From: Patescibacteria group bacterium
GTDB lineage: Bacteria; Patescibacteriota; Patescibacteriia; UBA9934
Direction: 5' to 3'
Length of the DNA stretch: 64,000 bases
Assembly: GCA_049296775.1 (NCBI GenBank)
Contig: JBAQTB010000001.1
Location: 357,284 to 421,283, forward strand
In this document: positions 36,294-46,910 of the stretch, in pieces
Layout of the letters: each line of letters opens with the position of its first letter
Position numbering within the stretch: the stretch's first letter is position 1
The notes under the pieces: generated by a model
Told to the model about the DNA's origin: nothing
The model's input: only the letters and a program-made list of their open reading frames with translations
Databases searched by the model: none
Program-made: the position numbers and the translations under genes

Positions 36294-36917
36294 ATGAAAT
36301 ATCTTCTCGGTAAGAAAATTGAAATGACCCAGGTCTTCCGTGAGGATGGCAGCGTTGTTCCAGCTACCTTGGTAGCCGTGGAACCATGCGTTATTGCTGC
36401 TTTGCGTGAAGATCAGCAGGGGCATAAGGTTGCCATGATCGGTACAGAGGCGTCTGAAAAAATCTCCAAGCCTCAACTGAAGCAATTCGGTGATAAGGGT
36501 GCTTTCAAACGTGTAGCGCAAGTGCGTCTAGACGGTACAGAAGCCCTTGAAGTTGGTCAGGTTTTGACAGTGTCTACTTTCGAGATTGGTGACAAAGTGA
36601 CAGTTATCGGCACTAGTAAGGGTCGTGGTTTCCAGGGTGTAGTTAAGCGCCATGGTTTCCGTGGTCACCCAACTACTCACGGTCACAAGGACCAGGTGAG
36701 AAAGTCTGGTTCCATTGGTGCTGGTGGTGTGCAGCGTGTCTTTAAAGGCATGCGCATGGCCGGCCGAATGGGTAATGACCGTGTAACGGTCCATAACCTA
36801 GAGGTAGTAGCTGTTGATGCAGAGAAGAATGTTATCGGTATTAAGGGAGCAATCCCGGGTGCACGTGGAGGAGATGTGACTTTGATCGCAACTAACGGCA
36901 ATGTATGGCAGAATTAA
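36294..36917 (+). CDS. rplC: 50S ribosomal protein L3
   Basis: MKYLLGKKIEMTQVF from ATG at 36294. Confidence 0.9.
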   Translation: MKYLLGKKIEMTQVFREDGSVVPATLVAVEPCVIAALREDQQGHKVAMIGTEASEKISKPQLKQFGDKGAFKRVAQVRLDGTEALEVGQVLTVSTFEIGDKVTVIGTSKGRGFQGVVKRHGFRGHPTTHGHKDQVRKSGSIGAGGVQRVFKGMRMAGRMGNDRVTVHNLEVVAVDAEKNVIGIKGAIPGARGGDVTLIATNGNVWQN

Positions 36918-37537
36918 AGCTTTACTCAATTGAGGGCAAAGAGGTCGGTACCTTGCCGGTAACCGACAGTCTGTTTGCTGTTGAACCAAAGGAGGCGGTA
37001 ATTCATCAGGCCATTTTGGCACAAGAGGCTAACGCTCGCGTAGCTCTTGCGCACACTAAGGATCGCAGTGAAGTTCGTGGAGGTGGAAAAAAGCCATGGA
37101 AGCAGAAGGGAACTGGTCGTGCTCGTCACGGTTCTAGCCGTTCACCAATCTGGATTGGTGGAGGTGTGACTCATGGTCCACGTAATGAGCGCAATTTCTC
37201 AGTGAAGATTAACAAGAAGACTAAGCGTACTGCTTTGGCCATGGCTTTGACAGACAAGGTTAAGGACGAGGCCTTCGTAGCAGTGGAGAACTTTGACATC
37301 CCAGAAGGCAAGACCAGATTAGCCGCTAAGATGCGCAAGGCTTTGCCAGGAGCTGACAAGAACACGCTCGTTATCATCACTTTGGGTGATGTAGCTATGC
37401 GCCGTGCTTTGCAGAACATGCCAAAGACCAAGTCGATTTATGCTCACAGCTTGAACGTGCGTGACGTTGCTAAGTATCGCAATGTCATTGCTTCTCAGGC
37501 GGCCATCCAAATTATGGCTGAAACTTTCGTCGCCTAA
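36905..37537 (+). CDS. rplD: 50S ribosomal protein L4
   Basis: L4 fold; GTGRARHGSSRSPIWIGGGVTHGP. Confidence 0.9.
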   Translation: MAELKLYSIEGKEVGTLPVTDSLFAVEPKEAVIHQAILAQEANARVALAHTKDRSEVRGGGKKPWKQKGTGRARHGSSRSPIWIGGGVTHGPRNERNFSVKINKKTKRTALAMALTDKVKDEAFVAVENFDIPEGKTRLAAKMRKALPGADKNTLVIITLGDVAMRRALQNMPKTKSIYAHSLNVRDVAKYRNVIASQAAIQIMAETFVA

Positions 37538-37546
37538 CCCCCTGGT

Positions 37547-37996
37547 ATGAGTACTCTTAAAAACAATACCAAAGACTTAACGACTGACGGTGTAGAGGCT
37601 GTTGAAGTTGTGGCTGCTGAGCCTAAGGCTAAGAAGGTTGCAACTAAGAAGCCAGCCAAGAAAGCTGAAAAAGTAGTGGCTACTCCTAAGCCAGTTGGCA
37701 GGATGGTTTCAGCTAGAACTGCAGCGACTTTATTGGCGCCACTTGTAACTGAAAAGACAGCTCACTTGGCTGATGCCGGTGTTTACGCCTTTTTGGTGCC
37801 AGTAACCGCTAACCGTGTAGCTGTGGGTCAAGCTTTCCGTGACATGTACAAAGCGGCTCCAGTTAAAGTGAACATTATTCGTGTGCACGGTAAGGAGCAT
37901 CGCTTTGGAACAGTTACGAGCCGTCAGTCAGACTGGAAGAAGGCGCTCGTGACAGTGAAGAAAGGCACGCGTATCGACATTTTTGAGAAGATCTAA
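37547..37996 (+). CDS. rplW: 50S ribosomal protein L23 with Lys/Ala-rich N-terminal extension
   Basis: L23 core (LLAPLVTEKTAHLADAGVYAFLVPVTANRVAVGQAF...) preceded by a ~50-aa low-complexity extension. Confidence 0.85.
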   Translation: MSTLKNNTKDLTTDGVEAVEVVAAEPKAKKVATKKPAKKAEKVVATPKPVGRMVSARTAATLLAPLVTEKTAHLADAGVYAFLVPVTANRVAVGQAFRDMYKAAPVKVNIIRVHGKEHRFGTVTSRQSDWKKALVTVKKGTRIDIFEKI

Positions 37997-37999
37997 CGT

Positions 38000-38845
38000 A
38001 TGCCGATTAAGCAATATCAACCAACGACTGCAGGTCGTCGCAAATCAAGCGTTCAGTCTTTTGCTGACGTGACTACTAAGAGCCCGCAAAAGTCGCTCTT
38101 ACTTAAGCGTAAGCAGCAGGCTGGTCGCGGTGCGGGTGGTAAGATTACCGTTCGTCATCGTGGAGGTGGCGCTAAGCGTCATGTGCGTATCATTGACTGG
38201 AATCGTGAGAAGTTCGACATTCCAGCTAAGATCATGACAATTGAGTACGATCCAAACCGCGGTGCTCGTTTAGCCCTATTGTTCTATAAGGACGGAGAGA
38301 AACGCTACATTTTAGCGCCAGCCGGCATGACAGTGGGTGATACGATCGTATCTTCCATGGAAAAAGGTGAGCCAGTAGCGGGTAACCGTTTCCCACTTGA
38401 TAAGATCCCGGTCGGTATGGAGGTTCACAATATTGAAATGGAGCCTAGAAAAGGTGGTCAGATGGTGCGCGGTGCGGGTACGTCAGCTGTGCTCCTAGCT
38501 ATTGAAGGCGATTACGCTACCTTGCGCTTGCCATCAGGTGAGATGCGTCGCATGAACCGCTTGTGCATGGCCACGATTGGCACAGTGTCTAACCCAGATT
38601 GGCACTTGGTGCGCTGGGGTAAGGCAGGAAGAACTCGCCATCGCGGTATTCGTCCAACGGTGCGTGGTAAGGTGATGAACCCAGTTGATCACCCACACGG
38701 AGGTGGTGAAGGTAGAAACTCAATTGGTCTCAAGTACGCTAAGACACCAACTGGTAAGCATGCACACGGTGTGCCTACGCGTCGTAATACTCGTTCTGAC
38801 AAGTTCATTGTCCACCGTCGTAAGAACAAGACGGCTTCCAAATAA
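38000..38845 (+). CDS. rplB: 50S ribosomal protein L2
   Basis: [38 protein letters not shown] and other L2 signatures. Confidence 0.95.
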   Translation: MPIKQYQPTTAGRRKSSVQSFADVTTKSPQKSLLLKRKQQAGRGAGGKITVRHRGGGAKRHVRIIDWNREKFDIPAKIMTIEYDPNRGARLALLFYKDGEKRYILAPAGMTVGDTIVSSMEKGEPVAGNRFPLDKIPVGMEVHNIEMEPRKGGQMVRGAGTSAVLLAIEGDYATLRLPSGEMRRMNRLCMATIGTVSNPDWHLVRWGKAGRTRHRGIRPTVRGKVMNPVDHPHGGGEGRNSIGLKYAKTPTGKHAHGVPTRRNTRSDKFIVHRRKNKTASK

Positions 38846-38859
38846 CGCGTAATCATTGT

Positions 38860-39183
38860 ATGACACGAAGTCTAAAAAAAGGCCCATTCGTAGCTGACCA
38901 CCTTTTAAAGAAGGTGAGTAAGTTGCGTCCTGGGGACAAAACAGTCGTGAAGACATGGTCTCGCGCTTCTCAGATTACTCCGGCTATGGTTGGATTCACC
39001 TTCGCCGTGCATAACGGTAAGGATTTCATCCAGGTGCGTGTAGTTGAGAACATGGTAGGCCACCGTCTTGGAGAGTTTTCTCCAACGCGTAAGTTTGTAC
39101 GTCACGCAGGTAAGACTGCTGCTGCAGCACCCGCGCCAGCTGCCGCCGCTTCGGCTCCAGATGGTAAGAAACTCAGCCGCTAG
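38860..39183 (+). CDS. rpsS: 30S ribosomal protein S19 (Ala-rich C-terminal extension)
   Basis: [19 protein letters not shown]...[13 protein letters not shown]. Confidence 0.9.
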   Translation: MTRSLKKGPFVADHLLKKVSKLRPGDKTVVKTWSRASQITPAMVGFTFAVHNGKDFIQVRVVENMVGHRLGEFSPTRKFVRHAGKTAAAAPAPAAAASAPDGKKLSR

Positions 39184-39197
39184 GTTGGCCCCCTCAT

Positions 39198-39623
39198 ATG
39201 GAAGTAATGTGTAAAGCAAAATTCATCCGTATTGCGCCGCGCAAAACCCGCTTGTTAGCAGGTTTGGTGCGTGGTCTTACGGTTGAGGAGGCTAGAAAGC
39301 AGCTCATGTTTTCTCAGAAGGAAGCCGCTGAACCAATGCTCAAGGCTATTAACTCAGCTGTGGCTAACGCGGTGCATAACCATAGGATGACTGGAGAGGG
39401 TTTGGTGGTATCACGCGTTATCGTGGATGAAGGTCCAAAAATCAAGCGTGTTACGCCTAGAGCTCAGGGTAGAGCTACGCCAATTCGTCTGCGTATGTCT
39501 CACATCACAGTCTGGGTTAGCCCAGCTGGTGAGGTAGTAGCGAAGAAGCCAGTAGCACGGAGAACCACCAAGGCAGAACGCAAGCTCGCCAAGACAGCGA
39601 GCGTCGAATCAACCACGAAGTAA
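39198..39623 (+). CDS. rplV: 50S ribosomal protein L22
   Basis: AKFIRIAPRKTRLLAGLVRG... Confidence 0.9.
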   Translation: MEVMCKAKFIRIAPRKTRLLAGLVRGLTVEEARKQLMFSQKEAAEPMLKAINSAVANAVHNHRMTGEGLVVSRVIVDEGPKIKRVTPRAQGRATPIRLRMSHITVWVSPAGEVVAKKPVARRTTKAERKLAKTASVESTTK

Positions 39624-39628
39624 ATCCT

Positions 39629-40348
39629 ATGGGTCATAAAGTCCATCCAAAAGTTTTCCGTCTAGCCACAGTTTATACTTGGGATTCCAAGTGGTTTGCT
39701 CGTGGTCGGAACTACGTCTCTTCTTTGCAGGAAGACGTTGAAATTCGTGAGTTCATGCGCAAGGCTCTTAAGGAGGCTGGTTTGAACAACGTTGATATTG
39801 AGCGCACACCAAAGCAGCTCACCATTACTTTGCACGTTGCAAAGCCAGGTGTAGTCATTGGTCGTGCAGGCGCCGGTATCGAAGAGCTGAAGAAAAAGGT
39901 GTTAAAAGCCTTTTACCGTGGTCGCCGAGTAACTTTGAACATCAACGTTCAAGAGCTGTCACGCCCAACTTTGTACGGTGAAATCGTGGGTCAGCAAATT
40001 GCTCAAGATATTGAAAAGCGCTTGCCATTCCGTCGCTCCATGAAAATGGCGATTGAAAGAGTCATGAAGGCCGGTGCTAAAGGTGTGAAGCTGACTTTGT
40101 CTGGTAGGTTGAACGGTGCGGAAATCGCCCGAACTGAAACCATTTCAAACGGTAGCATTCCTTTGCACAACTTACGTTCAGATATCGACTTTGCACGCGT
40201 CAGAGCTAACACAGTTTACGGAGTAATCGGAATTAAAGTCTGGATTTACCGTGGCGATGTCTTTGACGGGGAAGTTAAGAAAGAGACTTCTGCTGAAGCT
40301 GAGCGCCCACGTTCACGTGGTCCACGCCGTGCTCCAGCGCGTTCGTAA
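39629..40348 (+). CDS. rpsC: 30S ribosomal protein S3
   Basis: MGHKVHPKVFRLATVYTWDSKWFA, KH domain. Confidence 0.95.
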   Translation: MGHKVHPKVFRLATVYTWDSKWFARGRNYVSSLQEDVEIREFMRKALKEAGLNNVDIERTPKQLTITLHVAKPGVVIGRAGAGIEELKKKVLKAFYRGRRVTLNINVQELSRPTLYGEIVGQQIAQDIEKRLPFRRSMKMAIERVMKAGAKGVKLTLSGRLNGAEIARTETISNGSIPLHNLRSDIDFARVRANTVYGVIGIKVWIYRGDVFDGEVKKETSAEAERPRSRGPRRAPARS

Positions 40349-40370
40349 CCCATCCTTGTAGCACCCAATT

Positions 40371-40784
40371 ATGTTGCTCCCAAAGAAAATGAAGTATCGC
40401 AAGTGGCACAAGCGTCACACTCAGGGTGATCGCGTGGCTACTCAAAAAATCGATGTAGCTTTTGGATCTTATGGTCTAAAGGCCACTACCGAAGCTTGGG
40501 TAACTGCCCGACAGATTGAGGCTGCACGTAGGGCCATGACACGCGCTATCAAGCGCGGCGGAAAGATCTGGATTCGTATTTTCCCAGATCACCCAGTTAC
40601 CAACCATGGTGCAGAAGCGCCTATGGGTAAGGGAAAGGGTGGTGTGGATTACTACATGACTCCAGTGCGCGCAGGTACGATTCTATTCGAAATGGATGGT
40701 GTCACTGAAGAAGTAGCGCGCGAAGCTTTCCGCTTGGCAGCCTACAAGTTACCAGTTAAAACCAAGATCATTGTTCGCACCTAG
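40371..40784 (+). CDS. rplP: 50S ribosomal protein L16
   Basis: [19 protein letters not shown]. Confidence 0.95.
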   Translation: MLLPKKMKYRKWHKRHTQGDRVATQKIDVAFGSYGLKATTEAWVTARQIEAARRAMTRAIKRGGKIWIRIFPDHPVTNHGAEAPMGKGKGGVDYYMTPVRAGTILFEMDGVTEEVAREAFRLAAYKLPVKTKIIVRT

Positions 40785-40787
40785 CCT

Positions 40788-40982
40788 ATGAACTTCAAAG
40801 AACTTGAAGGAAAGAGTGAGCAAGAGCTCAGCGGTCTATTGGCCGAAGAGCGTGCTCGCCTCCATGCGCTAACAATGAAGCGAGCTGTTAATCAGGTAAA
40901 AGATGTGCGTGAAATTCGTGAGATTCGTCAGCGCATTGCTCGGATCATGACCAAGTTTACGAGCCTCAAGACTAAAGACTAA
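40788..40982 (+). CDS. rpmC: 50S ribosomal protein L29
   Basis: 64 aa, LSGLLAEERARLHALTMK helical L29 pattern; position between L16 and S17. Confidence 0.85.
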   Translation: MNFKELEGKSEQELSGLLAEERARLHALTMKRAVNQVKDVREIREIRQRIARIMTKFTSLKTKD

Positions 40983-40983
40983 T

Positions 40984-41256
40984 ATGGAAACTGCTAACAA
41001 AAAACTTGTAAATCGCCGACGCCTATCTGGGGTGGTGGTTTCGGACAAAATGGAAAAGACCGTGTCTGTTTCCGTTGTTCGCACGATCGTGCACCCTAAG
41101 TATGGCAAACGCTATATCAAGGGGACTAAGTATCTTGCTCACAACGAGGGCAATGAGGCTAAGGCCGGTGATGAGGTAACGATCGAGGAAACTCGTCCGT
41201 TGTCTTCACGCAAGCGTTGGCGCGTGGTTTCTATCAATAAGTCGGCTTCAGTTTAA
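40984..41256 (+). CDS. rpsQ: 30S ribosomal protein S17
   Basis: [40 protein letters not shown]. Confidence 0.9.
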   Translation: METANKKLVNRRRLSGVVVSDKMEKTVSVSVVRTIVHPKYGKRYIKGTKYLAHNEGNEAKAGDEVTIEETRPLSSRKRWRVVSINKSASV

Positions 41257-41261
41257 CCTGT

Positions 41262-41633
41262 ATGTTGCAACATCGAGCCATGATTGCCGTTGCGGATAAC
41301 ACCGGCGCAAAAAAACTTCAGGTCATCCGTGTTCACGGGGGCTATAAGAAGCGTTACGCTCGCTTAGGCGATGTGGTGACTGCAGTTGTAAAAGAAGCTG
41401 CACCACACAATGCCGTTAAGAAGAGCGACGTTGTGCACGCAGTTATTGTGCGCACACGTAAAGAGACTCGTCGTTCTGACGGCTCTTATATTCGTTTCGA
41501 TGAAAATGCCGCTGTCTTAATTAATCGTGCCACAAAGGATCCACGCGGTACGCGTATCTTTGGACCAGTTGCTCGCGAATTGCGCAACGAAGGTTTCATG
41601 AAGATCGTGTCCCTGGCGCCCGAGGTACTCTAA
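41262..41633 (+). CDS. rplN: 50S ribosomal protein L14
   Basis: [24 protein letters not shown]. Confidence 0.95.
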   Translation: MLQHRAMIAVADNTGAKKLQVIRVHGGYKKRYARLGDVVTAVVKEAAPHNAVKKSDVVHAVIVRTRKETRRSDGSYIRFDENAAVLINRATKDPRGTRIFGPVARELRNEGFMKIVSLAPEVL

Positions 41634-41643
41634 TCCATATCTT

Positions 41644-41865
41644 ATGAAGATCAAGACTGGCGATAAGGTTCGCGTCCTGAGCGGTAAGGATAAGGGTAAG
41701 GAGGGTAAGGTTACCCAAGTTTTGCCAAAAGCTGGCATGGTGGTAGTGGAAGGTGTGAATAACACCGTGAAGCACATCAAGGCCAGGGGTAAGCAAGCTG
41801 GACAGCGCGTGAATTACAACAGCCCAATCCGCAGCGAGAAGGTATCCCTGATCAGCGAAAAGTAG
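41644..41865 (+). CDS. rplX: 50S ribosomal protein L24
   Basis: [23 protein letters not shown] (KOW motif). Confidence 0.85.
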   Translation: MKIKTGDKVRVLSGKDKGKEGKVTQVLPKAGMVVVEGVNNTVKHIKARGKQAGQRVNYNSPIRSEKVSLISEK

Positions 41866-41866
41866 T

Positions 41867-42415
41867 ATGCAAAATTCGAAAGCAAAAATGCAGACGGTAG
41901 TTATGCCGGCTCTCAAAGAACAGTTTGGACTTTCCAACGTTCACGAGATCCCGCGCATTCTTAAGATCACCCTCAATGCCGGTCTGGGTAAGGGTAGAGA
42001 TCCAAAGTTTATTGATACTTTGGTGGAGACACTGCGCAAGATCACTGGCCAGCAGCCCATGAAGACTAAGGCTAGAAAGTCAATTGCAGGTTTCAAGATT
42101 AGGGAAGGTATGGTGCTCGGTACGGCTGTGACGTTACGAGGCGAGAGAATGTGGCACTTTATTGATAGATTAGCCAACATCGCTTTTGCACGTATCCGTG
42201 ACTTCCGCGGTATTCCAGAGTCTTCTGTAGATAAAGATGGAAATTTCAACTACGGATTCACTGAGCACACGGCGTTCCCAGAAATTCCACCAGATGAAGT
42301 TGAGTCCTTGCACGGGTTGCAGGTAACTATCACGACCACCGCTAAGACTCATGAAGAAGGACTCGCATTATTTAAAGGTCTCGGGTTCCCCTTCGTTTCT
42401 AAGGTCCAGAAATAA
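41867..42415 (+). CDS. rplE: 50S ribosomal protein L5
   Basis: L5 signatures (MVLGTAVTLRGERMWHFIDRL...). Confidence 0.95.
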   Translation: MQNSKAKMQTVVMPALKEQFGLSNVHEIPRILKITLNAGLGKGRDPKFIDTLVETLRKITGQQPMKTKARKSIAGFKIREGMVLGTAVTLRGERMWHFIDRLANIAFARIRDFRGIPESSVDKDGNFNYGFTEHTAFPEIPPDEVESLHGLQVTITTTAKTHEEGLALFKGLGFPFVSKVQK

Positions 42416-42418
42416 GTT

Positions 42419-42604
42419 ATGGCAACATCAAACCAAATCGCCAAGTCTAAGAAGACACCTAAGTTCATGACCCGTAGCGTTAATCGCTGCTGGCGCTGTG
42501 GACGTAAACGTTTCTTCATGCGCGCATTCGGCCTGTGCCGTATCTGCTTCCGAGAGCTCGCCAACGTTGGTGAGTTGCCGGGTATCCGAAAAGCCAGCTG
42601 GTAA
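42419..42604 (+). CDS. rpsZ: 30S ribosomal protein S14 type Z (zinc-binding)
   Basis: 61 aa with CWRCGRKRFFMRAFGLCRICFRE. Confidence 0.9.
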   Translation: MATSNQIAKSKKTPKFMTRSVNRCWRCGRKRFFMRAFGLCRICFRELANVGELPGIRKASW

Positions 42605-42608
42605 TCCT

Positions 42609-43001
42609 ATGATGACAGATCCAATTTCCGACATGCTGACACGTCTACGTAACGGTGCTACCGTTCACGCTAAGACGGTTACCATGCCGATGTCAAAAAT
42701 GAAGTTTGCTATCGCCAAGCTTTTGCAAGGCGAGGGTTACTTAGTTAAGGTTGATACCTTTAACGAAGGTATCCATCCGATGTTGCGTGTTGAACTGGCT
42801 TATGATGAGCATGGTCCACGTATGTCTTCTGTGAAACGTGTTAGTAAGCCTGGCTTACGCGTCTACGTTAAAGCAGAGGAACTGAAGGCTGTTCGTTCAG
42901 GCTTTGGTCTAGCTATTCTGTCTACTCCTAATGGTTTGATGACGAGCCAAGAGGCTCGCAAGCGCCGTTTGGGTGGAGAGCTTATTTGCGAAGTTTACTA
43001 A
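42609..43001 (+). CDS. rpsH: 30S ribosomal protein S8
   Basis: MMTDPISDMLTRLRNG from ATG at 42609. Confidence 0.9.
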   Translation: MMTDPISDMLTRLRNGATVHAKTVTMPMSKMKFAIAKLLQGEGYLVKVDTFNEGIHPMLRVELAYDEHGPRMSSVKRVSKPGLRVYVKAEELKAVRSGFGLAILSTPNGLMTSQEARKRRLGGELICEVY

Positions 43002-43006
43002 CGTAT

Positions 43007-43558
43007 ATGTCTCGCATTGGTAAAAAACCCATCTTCCTTCCAGCTGGCGTAACCGCCACGGTTAGTGATGCAGGTGTGATGATCAAGGGTCCCAAGGGGG
43101 AGCTTAACTTGAAGTTACATCCGCACGCTCAGGTAGCTGTAACTGAAGAGGAGGGTAAGTCACGTGTAGACGTAACGGTTGGTGATCCAACCGGTGAGGA
43201 TAGGGCTATTTGGGGTACTATGCGCGCCTTGATTGCTCAAAAAGTTAAGGGTGTTACTGAGGGCTATGGCAAGGCCTTGGAATTGAACGGCGTGGGTTTC
43301 CGCATGAGTATTCAGGGCAAGATCCTGCAATGTTCTTTGGGATTCTCTCATGAAGTTCAATACGAGTTACCTGAGTTCATTGAGGCCAAGGTTGATAACA
43401 ACATTTTGACGCTTACGTCTATCGACGCCGAATTGGTTGGTCGAGTAGCCGCTGAGATTCGTGCACTGAAAAAGCCGGAGCCATACAAGGGCAAGGGCTT
43501 TAGGTACACGGATGAAGTCATCCGCCGTAAGGCAGGTAAGGCCGCCAAGAGCGAATAA
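43007..43558 (+). CDS. rplF: 50S ribosomal protein L6
   Basis: [19 protein letters not shown] from ATG at 43007. Confidence 0.9.
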   Translation: MSRIGKKPIFLPAGVTATVSDAGVMIKGPKGELNLKLHPHAQVAVTEEEGKSRVDVTVGDPTGEDRAIWGTMRALIAQKVKGVTEGYGKALELNGVGFRMSIQGKILQCSLGFSHEVQYELPEFIEAKVDNNILTLTSIDAELVGRVAAEIRALKKPEPYKGKGFRYTDEVIRRKAGKAAKSE

Positions 43559-43566
43559 CCCTTGAT

Positions 43567-43926
43567 ATGAATCGCAAAGAAATTCTCGCAAAACGTGCCC
43601 GTACAGCACGACGCGCCGCTCGCGTTCGTGCCCGTATTGAAGGTACTAAAGAACGTCCAAGATTATCTGTCTTCCGATCAGATCGTCATATTTCAGCTCA
43701 GTTGATTGATGATACTACTGGTCGTACTTTGGCCTCAGCTAGTGACATGAAGTCTGCAGCTGGAGCTAAGCCAATGGAACGCGCTGCCAAGGTGGGCGCT
43801 GAGTTGTCCGCAGCTGCTAAGCAGGTAGGTATCACAACGGTGATTTTTGACAGAGGTTCATATCTCTTCCATGGTCGTGTGAAGGCGCTGGCTGAAGCAG
43901 CGCGTGAAGGTGGACTTGTTTTCTAA
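43567..43926 (+). CDS. rplR: 50S ribosomal protein L18
   Basis: [30 protein letters not shown]. Confidence 0.9.
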   Translation: MNRKEILAKRARTARRAARVRARIEGTKERPRLSVFRSDRHISAQLIDDTTGRTLASASDMKSAAGAKPMERAAKVGAELSAAAKQVGITTVIFDRGSYLFHGRVKALAEAAREGGLVF

Positions 43927-43930
43927 GCCT

Positions 43931-44521
43931 ATGACTGAAGAAGTAAAAAAGAGTGTTGGCGGTAGGGGCCGTGGACCTGGTGGTCCAGGCGGCCGCGGCG
44001 GTGATCGCCGTGGTGGCGGTGGCCGTGGTGGTTCTCCACGTGAGCCTAGAGAGTTCGAGCAAAAGATTCTCGAGCTAGCTCGCGTTACCCGTGTGACTAA
44101 GGGTGGAAAGCGTATGCGTTTCCGCGCCAGTCTTGTCATTGGTGATCGCCGTGGCCGTGTTGGCTTTGGTGTCGCCAAGGGTGGTGACGTGTCTATGGCG
44201 ATTGAAAAGGCCTTCCGTCAGGCTAAGAAAAACATGGTTAAGGTACCATTGATCAATGAAACGATCCCACATGAAGTTTCACGTAAGTTCTCAGCTGCCG
44301 TTGTCTTGTTGAAGCCAGCTCCTCAAGGTACTGGATTGAAGAGCGGTGGTCCTATTCGTGTAGTTCTTGAATTGGCTGGAATCCCGAACGCAGTTTCCAA
44401 GATTATGGGTTCGAACAGCAAGATCAACAACGCCAAGGCAACTTTCTTGGCACTGCGCGCTTTGCGTTTGCCTACCGAGGCTATGCTAGCCGCCAAGACC
44501 AAGAAGGCCGCAGCTGTCTAA
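43931..44521 (+). CDS. rpsE: 30S ribosomal protein S5 with Gly/Arg-rich N-terminal extension
   Basis: S5 core RVTRVTKGGKRMRFRASLVIGDRRGRVGFGVAKG preceded by GGRGRGPGGPGGRGGDRRGGGGRGG. ATG at 43931 follows the L18 stop. Confidence 0.9.
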   Translation: MTEEVKKSVGGRGRGPGGPGGRGGDRRGGGGRGGSPREPREFEQKILELARVTRVTKGGKRMRFRASLVIGDRRGRVGFGVAKGGDVSMAIEKAFRQAKKNMVKVPLINETIPHEVSRKFSAAVVLLKPAPQGTGLKSGGPIRVVLELAGIPNAVSKIMGSNSKINNAKATFLALRALRLPTEAMLAAKTKKAAAV

Positions 44522-44530
44522 TCTCACTAT

Positions 44531-44968
44531 ATGGCTATTACATTGCATTCAATGCGTTCTGCTAAGGGCGCCAAAAAGGACAAGAAGCGCGTTGGTCGCG
44601 GTCTTGGCTCTAAGGGCACAACTGCTGGCCGTGGTCAGAAAGGACAAAGCTCACGCTCAGGTGTGGGTGGTTTGAAGCGTTTGGGTATGCGTCATACCTT
44701 ATTGGCAACTCCAAAGGTGAGAGGTTTCCACTCTTTGGTAGGTAAGATGCAGATTGTAAATATCGGTGATTTGAATACCCGATACATCGCAGGCGAAGTT
44801 GTATCTCCACGTACTTTGGCTAAGAAAGGCTTGGTTAAGGATGGCGGAGCTAAGGTCAAGGTTTTGAGTAAAGGTGAATTGACTGTGGCGGTGACAATTA
44901 AGAATTGTCTAGTTTCAGCGGTAGCTACCGAAAAAATTGTAGCAGTTGGTGGCAAGGTTGAGGCGTAA
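44531..44968 (+). CDS. rplO: 50S ribosomal protein L15
   Basis: VGRGLGSKGTTAGRGQKGQ... Directly follows rpsE with no L30 gene between them. Confidence 0.9.
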   Translation: MAITLHSMRSAKGAKKDKKRVGRGLGSKGTTAGRGQKGQSSRSGVGGLKRLGMRHTLLATPKVRGFHSLVGKMQIVNIGDLNTRYIAGEVVSPRTLAKKGLVKDGGAKVKVLSKGELTVAVTIKNCLVSAVATEKIVAVGGKVEA

Positions 44969-44982
44969 AATCTGCGCGTTCT

Positions 44983-46233
44983 ATGAATTACCTCCTGCGT
45001 ATCTTCCGAGTTTCAGAAATTCGGAATGGGCTCTTGTTTATTTTGCTGGTGCTAACGATCTTCCGTTTAGCGGCCCACATCCCAGTGCCAGGTATTGATG
45101 CTTCCAGTTTGTCAGCGTTGTTGACGGGAAATCAATTCTTGGGTCTCTTGAACGTTTTTTCTGGAGGTACGCTTGAGAATTTCTCAATCGTAGCTTTAGG
45201 TGTTGGTCCTTATATTACAGCTTCCATTATCTTCCAGCTGCTTGGCATGATCTTCCCGTCAGTTGAGGAGATGCAGAAAGAAGAGCAGGGCAGACAGAAA
45301 TTGAATCGCTGGACGCGTTTTGCAACCGTACCGTTGTCACTCTTGCAGGGTTATGCGTTGGTAGCCTTAATCAATCAATCTACCGGTTTGGTGATTGGTG
45401 GTTGGGATCTAGCTTTGGCTCTGATATGTATGTCAGCGGGTACGATTTTCTTGATGTGGTTAGCGGAGTTGATTTCTGAGCGCAAGATGGGTAACGGCAT
45501 GAGTATCATGATCTTTGCCGGTATTATTGCATCTTTCCCTGGTTTCTTGGCGCAAACATTGTCTACGTATACGCGCGCTGATTTGCTCGACATGATTGTG
45601 TTTGGAGTGTTGATGGTGGTCACGATTGTGGGTGTGGTATTCGTAAGTGAAGGTCAGCGTAATCTGCCGGTGCAATATGCGCGTGGTGGAGGTACTGGCG
45701 GCTCTAAGGTGGTATCTAGCTTGCCACTGCGCGTGAACATGGGCGGTATGATCCCGATCTTGTTCGCTTTGTCACTTGTGACTTTGCCACCACTTATTGG
45801 TCAGTTCTTTGTTAACGCTAGAACAGAGGTGATCAGAAATATTGCTACTTGGGTGGTGAGCGTGTCATCTACCGGCTGGGTGTATGCCATTGCTTACTTT
45901 GCCTTGGTGGTGATGTTCACCTTCTTTTATGCGGGTATTGTCTTCCGTCCAGAGCAGGTTGCTGAAAACTTGCAGAAGCAGGGCGGGTTCATTCCGGGTG
46001 TCAGACCAGGCGTACCTACCGCCAGTTATTTGCAGTGGGTAGTGAATAGAATCCTCTTGGCGGGTGCGGTCTTCCTTGGTATTATTGCTGTGCTTCCAGT
46101 AGTTATGCAGGAGGTTGCGGGTAATCCAAATCTGTTGGTTGGTGGTTCGTCTGTGATCATCATCGTGTCCGTCATTGTGGACATCGTAAAACAGATTGAG
46201 GCACAATTAACCATGCGTTCTTACGACATTTAA
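44983..46233 (+). CDS. secY: preprotein translocase subunit SecY
   Basis: 10-TM protein, 416 aa, typical SecY N-terminus and conserved loops. Confidence 0.95.
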   Translation: MNYLLRIFRVSEIRNGLLFILLVLTIFRLAAHIPVPGIDASSLSALLTGNQFLGLLNVFSGGTLENFSIVALGVGPYITASIIFQLLGMIFPSVEEMQKEEQGRQKLNRWTRFATVPLSLLQGYALVALINQSTGLVIGGWDLALALICMSAGTIFLMWLAELISERKMGNGMSIMIFAGIIASFPGFLAQTLSTYTRADLLDMIVFGVLMVVTIVGVVFVSEGQRNLPVQYARGGGTGGSKVVSSLPLRVNMGGMIPILFALSLVTLPPLIGQFFVNARTEVIRNIATWVVSVSSTGWVYAIAYFALVVMFTFFYAGIVFRPEQVAENLQKQGGFIPGVRPGVPTASYLQWVVNRILLAGAVFLGIIAVLPVVMQEVAGNPNLLVGGSSVIIIVSVIVDIVKQIEAQLTMRSYDI

Positions 46234-46307
46234 GTCGATTGTGAAAGTAAATTCCACTAAACATAAAGATGAGCTTGACCCTAGGGTTTAGCTCATCTTA
46301 TTTTTAT

Positions 46308-46859
46308 ATGCATAAGATCTTGATTTTAGGACCTCAAGGCTGTGGTAAAGGAACGCAAGCCGCATTATTGTCGGAGAAGTTGGGCATTCCACAGCTATCT
46401 ATGGGACAGCTATTACGTGAAACAGCTAAGGGGGATAGCGAGCTAGCGGAGCAGATTAAAGGTATTCAAAGGGCCGGGAATTTGGTACCGGACAGAATCG
46501 CGATTCAGGTTTTGGATCAGCGACTACAGTTGCCAGATACGCAACGGGGTTATATTTTGGATGGTTTTCCAAGAAATGAGGAGCAATATTTAGCGTTTGA
46601 GAAATATGCTACGCCGACGATGGTTTTAGTTATTGAAGTACCGCCGGAAGTGTCTCTACCTAGACTGATGAAGCGTGCCGAGCTTGAGCATAGATTTGAT
46701 GATACTCCAGAGATTATTCAAAAACGCTTGCGGATTTACGCCGAAGAGACCAAGCCGATGATCCAGCATTATACGGCTCAAGATTTAGTGAGGGTAGTTG
46801 ACGGAGTAGGGACGATCCAGGAAGTGGCAGAACGGATTGCGGCGCTTTTTACGGAGTAA
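46308..46859 (+). CDS. adk: adenylate kinase
   Basis: P-loop GPQGCGKGTQA from ATG at 46308; short form without Zn lid cysteines. Confidence 0.9.
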   Translation: MHKILILGPQGCGKGTQAALLSEKLGIPQLSMGQLLRETAKGDSELAEQIKGIQRAGNLVPDRIAIQVLDQRLQLPDTQRGYILDGFPRNEEQYLAFEKYATPTMVLVIEVPPEVSLPRLMKRAELEHRFDDTPEIIQKRLRIYAEETKPMIQHYTAQDLVRVVDGVGTIQEVAERIAALFTE

Positions 46860-46910
46860 ATTGGGTTTTAGTCTCGACTTTTTAAGGCTATTCCGCTATT
46901 GTGTAGCTAT

